Positions 26,307 through 32,706 of a stretch of 64,000 bases of DNA are shown piece by piece. Each line of letters opens with the position of its first letter. Within the stretch, counting starts at the first letter, position 1. The notes beneath the pieces are model-generated. The model saw only the letters and a program-made list of their open reading frames with translations, had not been told where the DNA came from and did no database searches. This DNA comes from an uncultured Bacteroidia bacterium (GTDB taxonomy: Bacteria > Bacteroidota > Bacteroidia > Bacteroidales > UBA932): the NCBI GenBank assembly GCA_902768985.1, contig CACXNA010000003.1, positions 58,675 through 122,674 on the forward strand, read 5' to 3'. Both the position numbers and the translations under genes were made by a program.

Positions 26307-27676
26307 TATTCTTCTCCGAGGAACATCGGGTCCCAGGCGGGGAGGAGGATGGGCTTCTGTTCGAGCATCTTCAGGACGTCGGCGGGCACGAACTGCTTCT
26401 CCACCACGAGGCGGAACATGTATTCGTTGAACCACTCGTCAGTCATGATGATGTTGCCCTGGTAGCCGGAGGCGGCGCCCCAGCTGTTCTCCACCATCCA
26501 CTTCTGCGGAACCCCGTCCTTGAGGTCCACCGCGATGAGGGTCATCGCGTGGGAGGAGCCGCTCGCGTGCGTCATCACGCGCTCGCGCTTGTTCATGGAG
26601 AGATTGACGCCCAGCAGGGACTCGTAGTCGAAGTTGTTGAGGTCGGCCACGCCCTTGGTGCGGTCGAGGAACTTGTTCACGTCGCAGGAGAAGTACATGG
26701 CCTTGTTCGCCTTGATGGAGGCGATGGCCATCTCCTTGATGCGCTCGATGGGGAGGTTGACGTAGAGCCAGTTCTGGCCGTCGTAGAGGTGGCGGTCGTA
26801 CTGGATCTCATAGACCTTGCCGTACTCGCGGCAAGGGTCGTTCATCAGCATCACGTAGTTGTTCTCCAGGTCGTAGCCCAGCAGTTCCTGATAGAAGGAC
26901 TGCGGGGTGTAGGTCTTGCCCTTCCACTCGAACTCCGTCGGCGGGACGCCGAGGCAGAGGGCGAGGACGTGGTAGACCTCCTTGAGCATTTCGGTCTTCT
27001 GCTTCTCCAGGAAGGCCGGCAGGTCCTTCGCCTTGACGCCGGTGGGCGTCTGGCGCAGCTTCAGGCCGTCGCGGCGCAGCAGGGTCTTGATCTGGGTGGC
27101 CATGGCGGAGGTGTTATTCGCCGAAAGGCTTTCGGGCATCACGTTCGCGGGCACGACGCCGTATTTCATCACCAGGTTGGCTACGCCCGTGAAGGTGCCG
27201 CCGTCGCTGATGGGGTTGCTGAACAGCCAGTCGACCTCGCGGTCGTCGAAGGACTTGTCGCGGGTGTCGATGACCGCCTGCAGGAAGAGGTTCGCCTTCT
27301 CGAGCTGGTCGTAGAAGAAGTTGTAGTTCTGCGAGAAGCGGAAGTCGCCCAGGCCGTGCTTGTCGGCGGCCGCGGCGCGCAGGACGTTCAGGCCCGTGAA
27401 GAGCCAGCAGCGGCCGGAGGATTTCTGGTCGGTGATGCCCCAGGTCTTGACGCGGTCGGAGAATTCCGTGTCGATCATCGCGGCGTTCTCGGCATTGGCC
27501 GAGAGGACGGTGATGGAGGTGGTGTTCAGCGCGTTGCGGATGGCCTTGTCGGAGGAGGTGCCTTCATAGCCCCTGCGGATTTCGGAAATCATCTGCGGGG
27601 TGATGGCGCCTTTCGGCTGCGCGGCGGCACCGACGCTGAGCAGCGCCAGTGCGAGCAGGGAGAGAGTCTTCTTCAT
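26306..27676 (-). CDS. pepC: C1-family aminopeptidase (PepC / bleomycin hydrolase-like), secreted
   Basis: 456 aa with a signal peptide, the catalytic Cys context QKSSGRCWLF and the C-terminal His context SHAMTLIAVD...MVENSWG. Confidence 0.9.
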   Translation of the reverse strand: MKKTLSLLALALLSVGAAAQPKGAITPQMISEIRRGYEGTSSDKAIRNALNTTSITVLSANAENAAMIDTEFSDRVKTWGITDQKSSGRCWLFTGLNVLRAAAADKHGLGDFRFSQNYNFFYDQLEKANLFLQAVIDTRDKSFDDREVDWLFSNPISDGGTFTGVANLVMKYGVVPANVMPESLSANNTSAMATQIKTLLRRDGLKLRQTPTGVKAKDLPAFLEKQKTEMLKEVYHVLALCLGVPPTEFEWKGKTYTPQSFYQELLGYDLENNYVMLMNDPCREYGKVYEIQYDRHLYDGQNWLYVNLPIERIKEMAIASIKANKAMYFSCDVNKFLDRTKGVADLNNFDYESLLGVNLSMNKRERVMTHASGSSHAMTLIAVDLKDGVPQKWMVENSWGAASGYQGNIIMTDEWFNEYMFRLVVEKQFVPADVLKMLEQKPILLPAWDPMFLGEE

Positions 27677-27689
27677 ATCTGGTTATTAA

Positions 27690-28808
27690 TTATTTGCGAA
27701 GGATGATGCGCTCGATGCGGCGGGGCACCGAGGTCAGGATTTCGTACGGGATGGTCCCGAGGATTTGCGCGAGCTCCCCGACGGTCGGGTCCTCGCCGAA
27801 GATGGTCACGGTGTCGCCGACCTGCACGCCCGGGATGTCCGTGACGTCGATCATGCACATGTCCATGCAGATGTTGCCGATGGTGGGGGCGCGGTGGCCG
27901 CGGACGCTGAACGAGGCGGCGCCGCAGCCGAAGTGGCGGTCGAGGCCGTCGGCGTAACCCACCGGGATGGTGGCGATCACGCTGCCCGTGGGGGCCACGT
28001 GGCCGTGGCGGCCGTAGCCGATGGTGCCGTCTTCCGGCGCGAGGGTCTTGATCTGCAGGACCTTGACCTTCAGCGAGGCCACAGGGGCGAGCTGCACGCC
28101 GGGCAGGGCGCTGATGCCGTAGATGCCGATGCCCAGGCGCACCATGTCATGCTGGTGCTCCGGGAAGCGCTCGATGCCAGCGGAGTTGAGGATGTGCCAC
28201 ATCGGCTTGTAGCCGAGGGCGTCGGTGACCGTCTGCGCGTTGCGCTCGAACATCGCGATCTGCCCGTGGGTGAAGTCGTCCTCGGCGGGATCCTCCGCCG
28301 CGGCGAGATGCGAATAGATGGACTGCACGCGCACTTCGTCGTGCGCGGCCAGGAACTCCAGCAACGCGGGCAGCTCCGCCGTCATGAAGCCGAGGCGGTG
28401 CATGCCGGTGTCGAGCTTGATGTGGATGGGGAACTGCTTCAGCCCGCGGCTGCGCAGCTCGGCGCACAGGGCCTCCAGCGTGTAGAGGTTGGGGATGCCC
28501 GGCTCCAGGTGGTTCTCGATGATTTCGGGGAAGAAGTCCGTCCCGGCGGTGAGCACCAGGATGGGCAGGGAGATACCGTTGCGCCGCAGCTCCATGCCCT
28601 CGACGGGCAGGGCCACCGCCAGGTAGTCGGCGCCTTCCTGCTGCATCATGGAGGCAAACTCCACCGCGCCGTGGCCGTAGGCGTTCGCCTTGACGAGCAC
28701 AAGCAGCTTCGTCGTCGGCTTCAGCAGGCCGCGGAAATAGCGGTAATTGCTCCTGCACGCAGGCAGTCGCAGCTCCAGGCGCGAGAAATCGTTTTCCCCT
28801 TTTTGCAT
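27690..28808 (-). CDS. alr: Alanine racemase
   Basis: PLP-lysine motif VLVKANAYGHGA and C-terminal GYADG. I chose the ATG at 28808 (MQKGEN) because the ORF-track TTG lies inside the -7 box. Confidence 0.9.
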   Translation of the reverse strand: MQKGENDFSRLELRLPACRSNYRYFRGLLKPTTKLLVLVKANAYGHGAVEFASMMQQEGADYLAVALPVEGMELRRNGISLPILVLTAGTDFFPEIIENHLEPGIPNLYTLEALCAELRSRGLKQFPIHIKLDTGMHRLGFMTAELPALLEFLAAHDEVRVQSIYSHLAAAEDPAEDDFTHGQIAMFERNAQTVTDALGYKPMWHILNSAGIERFPEHQHDMVRLGIGIYGISALPGVQLAPVASLKVKVLQIKTLAPEDGTIGYGRHGHVAPTGSVIATIPVGYADGLDRHFGCGAASFSVRGHRAPTIGNICMDMCMIDVTDIPGVQVGDTVTIFGEDPTVGELAQILGTIPYEILTSVPRRIERIILRK

Positions 28809-28814
28809 ATCATG

Positions 28815-28822
28815 CAAAGATA
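28815..28822 (-). promoter_or_regulatory. -7 box TATCTTTG for alr
   Basis: Exact TAnnTTTG on the minus strand, only 6 nt before the ATG at 28808. Confidence 0.5.
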
Positions 28823-28896
28823 CTACTTTTTCCGGGAAAAGTATCCGGACGCTTGGAGCAGGCAGGGACCGGCTTCCGCACGGAAAAGGGGCGGTC

Positions 28897-28977
28897 TATC
28901 CTCAAATTGGGCCGATTTTGAGGATAAGTGGCGGAAAAACCGGCTTCCGTCCTCATTTTAGCCTCATTTTGAGGATA
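28897..28977 (+). repeat. Double-hairpin element, family DH-2, copy D
   Basis: Arms TATCCTCAAA / TTTGAGGATA (28897-28906, 28917-28926) and TCCTCA / TGAGGA (28950-28955, 28970-28975). The loop contains GGCCGATTTTG. Confidence 0.75.
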
Positions 28978-28999
28978 TACTTGGAAAAAGGCTCGGGCC

Positions 29000-29027
29000 G
29001 TGCACAAAATCGGCCTGTTTTGCGCAC
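29000..29027. repeat. Related single hairpin GTGCACAAAA-TCGGCCTG-TTTTGCGCAC
   Basis: The loop carries CAAAATCGGCC, the same 11-mer found next to arms in families DH-1 and DH-2. Confidence 0.55.
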
Positions 29028-29073
29028 GGAAAACAAAAATCCGCCGGCCCTGGGGGTCGGCGGATTTTGTTCC
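29028..29073 (-). terminator. Long hairpin terminator downstream of rpmH
   Basis: On the minus strand, GGAACAAAATCCGCCGACC-CCCA-GGGCCGGCGGATTTTTGTTTTCC begins 21 nt after the rpmH stop and ends in a T-rich tail. Confidence 0.55.
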
Positions 29074-29094
29074 GGGAAGACCGGGCTGGTTCTA

Positions 29095-29247
29095 CTACCA
29101 GCGGTCCTCGGAGGAAACGGTGAGCTTCTTGCGGCCGTGGGCGCGGCGGGACGCGAGGACCCGGCGGCCGTTCGGCGTGCTCATACGCTCGCGGAAGCCG
29201 TGCTTGTTGACACGCTTGCGGTTGGAAGGTTGATAAGTCCTTTTCAT
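29095..29247 (-). CDS. rpmH: 50S ribosomal protein L34
   Basis: Hand translation gives [50 protein letters not shown] (50 aa), the canonical L34 sequence. It is below the ORF-track length cutoff. Confidence 0.9.
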   Translation of the reverse strand: MKRTYQPSNRKRVNKHGFRERMSTPNGRRVLASRRAHGRKKLTVSSEDRW

Positions 29248-29266
29248 ATCTTCTATTTTTTAGTTT

Positions 29267-29959
29267 TCAGAATTTGGGAGGGCAAAGGTAATCTTTTCCG
29301 ATTTCAATTACAAATTTTTCTGCAAAATATTCATCTTTCAGCCATTCATCGACCCGCCAAGTCCGGATTTTTCCGGGTTCGACCCGGCATTTTCGGGTCA
29401 GCTCGGAGATTTCCGCATTCACGTCGCCGCCCTTGAGATAGAGGATGCTGCGGCGGAATTTGCCCTTGACCCAGGGGTAGAAATTGTCCAGCGAGGTCAC
29501 CGCGCGGGAGACGACCCAGTCGAAGGGACCGGCCAGGCTCTCGGCGCGGGCGTTGATACAGGTCACGTTCTGCAGGCCGAGCCCGTCGGCGACCGCCTGC
29601 GCGACCTTGATCTTCTTGCCGATCGAATCGCAAAGCGTGAAATGAGCGGTCGGGAACTCGGTCGCAAGGGGGATGCCGGGAAAACCACCGCCCGTGCCCA
29701 GGTCCAGGATCTGGGCACCTGGGGCCTTCACCCCCTGCACCCCCTCAAGGGGGATGGCCGGATAATCGCTGTCGCGATCCGGCGCCCACGCACGATACTC
29801 GGCAGGATAGTACCGGCGCAAGTACTCGGCGATGGTGAGCGAATGGAGGATATGGTGCTCGTAGAGCGCGTCGATGTCCTTGCGGGACACGACGTTGATC
29901 CGCTCGTTCCATTCGCGGTAGAGCGCCACCATCGGAGCATATTCTGCGGCTGGTTTCAC
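29267..29959 (-). CDS. rsmG: 16S rRNA (guanine527-N7)-methyltransferase RsmG, with an insertion of about 30 aa
   Basis: It has a GTG start, NVVSRKDIDALYEHHILHSL and the SAM motif ILDLGTGGGFPGIPLA. Extra residues lie between these two motifs. Confidence 0.9.
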   Translation of the reverse strand: MKPAAEYAPMVALYREWNERINVVSRKDIDALYEHHILHSLTIAEYLRRYYPAEYRAWAPDRDSDYPAIPLEGVQGVKAPGAQILDLGTGGGFPGIPLATEFPTAHFTLCDSIGKKIKVAQAVADGLGLQNVTCINARAESLAGPFDWVVSRAVTSLDNFYPWVKGKFRRSILYLKGGDVNAEISELTRKCRVEPGKIRTWRVDEWLKDEYFAEKFVIEIGKDYLCPPKF

Positions 29960-29963
29960 GCTG

Positions 29964-29971
29964 CAAAGTTA
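29964..29971 (-). promoter_or_regulatory. -7 box TAACTTTG for rsmG
   Basis: Exact TAnnTTTG on the minus strand, 4 nt before the GTG start at 29959. Confidence 0.45.
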
Positions 29972-29981
29972 AGAAAAATCG

Positions 29982-29989
29982 TATATTTG
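29982..29989 (+). promoter_or_regulatory. -7 box TATATTTG for the mscS-family gene
   Basis: Exact TAnnTTTG, 6 nt before the ATG at 29996. It lies back-to-back with the rsmG box, 10 bp away. Confidence 0.45.
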
Positions 29990-29995
29990 TAGTCT

Positions 29996-30928
29996 ATGAT
30001 GCACTGGATCCTTCAATCTGTCCCCATCCCCGCCGAAGAAATCATCGAGCGGGCGGATTCCGCCAAGGCCGCCGCGAGCCAATTCAAGGATAAGCTGATC
30101 ACAGACCCGGCCGCGGCCCTGCAGGACCTCGGCCGCGACGCCCTGCAGTTCGGCCTGAAAGTCCTGGTGGCCCTCATCCTGTACTTCATCGGCGCCTGGC
30201 TGATCAAGCGCGCCAAGCACGCGCTCGAGCGCTACTTCAGGCGCAAGAACACCGACCGGGCGATGGCCACGTTCATCTCCAGTTTCGTGTCCATCACCCT
30301 GACCGTCCTGCTGATCATCGTGCTCGTGGGCACGCTCGGGATCAACACCACCTCGCTGGCCGCCCTGCTGGCCGCGGGCGGCATGGCCCTCGGCATGGCG
30401 CTGAGCGGCACGGTGCAGAACTTCGCCGGCGGGCTGATGCTGATGATCTTCAAGCCCTTCAAGGCCGGCGACTACATCGAGGCCCTGGGCTACGCCGGCA
30501 TCGTCACCGAAGTCACCATCGTGGGCACGCACCTGACCACCATCGACAACCGCCGCGTGGTCCTGCCCAACGGCGCCCTCTCCAACGGGAACATCGTCAA
30601 CTACAGCAGCTTCCCACTGCGCCGGATCGACCTCCCCGTGAACGTGGAATACGGCACCGACGCCGCCGCGTGCAAGGAGAAGCTCCTGGGGATCATCCGC
30701 GAGGATGCCCGCATCCTGGATGCCCGGACACCGGGCGCCGCCGATCCGTTCGTGGCGGTGCAGAAGCTTGCCGACAGCGCGGTGACCTTCATCGTCCGCG
30801 TATGGGTGGCGGGAGCCGATTACTGGCCCGTCCAGTTCGACCTCAACGAGCGCATCTACACGGAGCTTCCCCAGGCCGGGATCCATTTCCCCTTCCCGCA
30901 ACTGGACGTCCACATGCACCATGAATAG
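29996..30928 (+). CDS. Mechanosensitive ion channel family protein (MscS-like)
   Basis: 310 aa with three TM segments followed by the MscS beta-domain motif FKPFKAGDYIEALGYAGIVTEVTIVGTHLTTIDNRRVVLPNG. Confidence 0.9.
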   Translation: MMHWILQSVPIPAEEIIERADSAKAAASQFKDKLITDPAAALQDLGRDALQFGLKVLVALILYFIGAWLIKRAKHALERYFRRKNTDRAMATFISSFVSITLTVLLIIVLVGTLGINTTSLAALLAAGGMALGMALSGTVQNFAGGLMLMIFKPFKAGDYIEALGYAGIVTEVTIVGTHLTTIDNRRVVLPNGALSNGNIVNYSSFPLRRIDLPVNVEYGTDAAACKEKLLGIIREDARILDARTPGAADPFVAVQKLADSAVTFIVRVWVAGADYWPVQFDLNERIYTELPQAGIHFPFPQLDVHMHHE

Positions 30929-31949
30929 ACTCCTTCAACTCTACCGCGAGTGGTCCGGCGCCGAGCCGGACACAACTGAGCTTCTTCCCCTGTCGGGCAG
31001 CGCGCGGAAGTATTACCGGATGGCCGGCGCGGGCGGCACCGCGATCGGCTGCATCGGCACGAATCCGGCGGAGAACCGCGCCTTCCTCACGCTCGACGCG
31101 CAGTTCTGCGCGCACGGGCTCCACGCCCCGGCCGTCTACGGCGTGTCGCCGGACGGGATGGCCTATCTGCAGGAGGACCTGGGCGACGGCCAGCTCTTCG
31201 AGCTCCTGAAGCCCGCCCTCGCGGACGGTTCCTTCACGCAGGAGCAGCTGGACTGGCTGCACGACACCGTGGCCCTGCTGCCCGCCGTGCAGTTCAAGGT
31301 GGGCGAAGGGATGGACTGGAGCGTCTGCTTTCCCGACCGGGAGTTCAACGCCCGGATGGTGGACTTCGACCTGAATTATTTCAAATACGATTTCCTCAAG
31401 CTCACGGGCCTGGAGTTCAACGAGATCCGCCTGCAGGACGACTTCGACCGCCTGCGCGCGGACGCGCTCGACTTCGAAGGGGACACCTTCATGTACCGCG
31501 ACTTCCAGGCGCGCAACGTGATGATCCGGGACGGCGAGCCCTGCTTCGTCGACTTCCAGGGCGGCCGCCGCGGGCCGGTGCAATACGACCTCGCGTCGTT
31601 CCTCTGGAACGCGGGTACGCATTTCTCCGCCGCGCTGCGGCGCGAGCTGGAGGGCGTCTACCTGCGCGCGCTCGACGCTTTCCGTCCGGTGGACGAAAAG
31701 GACTTCTACCGCCGCTACCGCCTGCTCACGCTGGTGCGCCTGCTGCAGGAGACGGGCGCCTACGGCTTCCGCGGCCTGATCGAGCGCAAGCAGCTCTTCC
31801 TCGACTGCATCCCCACGGTGCTGGGCTGCTTCCGCGAGCTGACCGCCGAACCATTTGAACGCTACCCGTACCTGACGGAGACGCTGCAGCGGCTCGCGAA
31901 CGACTGGGACGGCCGGACCATCCTGCCCGGCATGGAGGTGGCGCTATGA
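30921..31949 (+). CDS. Aminoglycoside-phosphotransferase-fold kinase (AmgK-like anomeric MurNAc/GlcNAc kinase)
   Basis: APH-fold motifs (YRDFQARNVMIRDGEPCFVDFQGG). It is translationally coupled to a MurU-like nucleotidyltransferase, as in the AmgK-MurU recycling pair. Confidence 0.65.
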   Translation: MNRLLQLYREWSGAEPDTTELLPLSGSARKYYRMAGAGGTAIGCIGTNPAENRAFLTLDAQFCAHGLHAPAVYGVSPDGMAYLQEDLGDGQLFELLKPALADGSFTQEQLDWLHDTVALLPAVQFKVGEGMDWSVCFPDREFNARMVDFDLNYFKYDFLKLTGLEFNEIRLQDDFDRLRADALDFEGDTFMYRDFQARNVMIRDGEPCFVDFQGGRRGPVQYDLASFLWNAGTHFSAALRRELEGVYLRALDAFRPVDEKDFYRRYRLLTLVRLLQETGAYGFRGLIERKQLFLDCIPTVLGCFRELTAEPFERYPYLTETLQRLANDWDGRTILPGMEVAL

Positions 31950-32674
31950 AAGCGATGGTCTTCGCCGCCGGGCTCGGGACCCGGCTCCGCCCGCTGACGG
32001 ACACGATGCCCAAGGCGCTCGTCCCCGTGCGGGGCGTGCCGATGCTCGGGCGCGTGCTCGCCAAGCTGCGCGGCGCGGGGATCGACGCCTTCGTCGTGAA
32101 TGTGCACCATTTCGCGGAGCAGATCGAGCAATACCTGTCGGAAAATGATTTCGGCGCGCCCGTGGCCGTCTCCCGCGAGCCGGGCGAGCCGCTGGAGACC
32201 GGCGGCGGCATCAAGCACGCCGCGCCGCTGCTCCGCTCGCCCGAGGGCCGCTTCCTCGTCCACAACGTGGACATCCTCAGCGACCTCGACGTGCGCTGGT
32301 TCCTCGCGCAGGACGACCCGTCGGCGCTGGCGACCCTGCTGCTGATCGACGCCCCCGCCGACCGCTGCCTGCTCTTCGACGACGACATGCGCCTCGTGGG
32401 CTGGATGCGCACGAGCACCAGCGAGGTCAAGAGCCCGTACCTGCCGGACTTCGACCCGGCGAAATACCGCCGCTACTCCTTCTGCGGCATCCACATCGTC
32501 TCAGAGGCCGTTTTCGAGAAGATGGCCGCCTGGCCGGACCAATTCTCCATCATCGATTTCTATCTCTCCGAGTGCGCCGCCGGCACCATCCGCGGCGTCG
32601 TGGCTCCGGACCTGCAGCTAATCGACATCGGCAGTCCGGAGAAGCTGGCGGAGGCCCAGGAGGCCACTTTTTGA
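31946..32674 (+). CDS. Nucleotidyltransferase family protein (MurU-like)
   Basis: N-terminal MVFAAGLGTRLRPLTDTMPKALVPV sugar-nucleotidyltransferase motif. The ATGA start overlaps the upstream stop. Confidence 0.7.
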   Translation: MKAMVFAAGLGTRLRPLTDTMPKALVPVRGVPMLGRVLAKLRGAGIDAFVVNVHHFAEQIEQYLSENDFGAPVAVSREPGEPLETGGGIKHAAPLLRSPEGRFLVHNVDILSDLDVRWFLAQDDPSALATLLLIDAPADRCLLFDDDMRLVGWMRTSTSEVKSPYLPDFDPAKYRRYSFCGIHIVSEAVFEKMAAWPDQFSIIDFYLSECAAGTIRGVVAPDLQLIDIGSPEKLAEAQEATF

Positions 32675-32692
32675 GAATCCCCCAAAAGTGGT

Positions 32693-32700
32693 TAACTTTG
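32693..32700 (+). promoter_or_regulatory. -7 box TAACTTTG for the putative porin gene
   Basis: Exact TAnnTTTG, 6 nt before the in-frame GTG at 32707. Confidence 0.45.
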
Positions 32701-32706
32701 TGGGTT

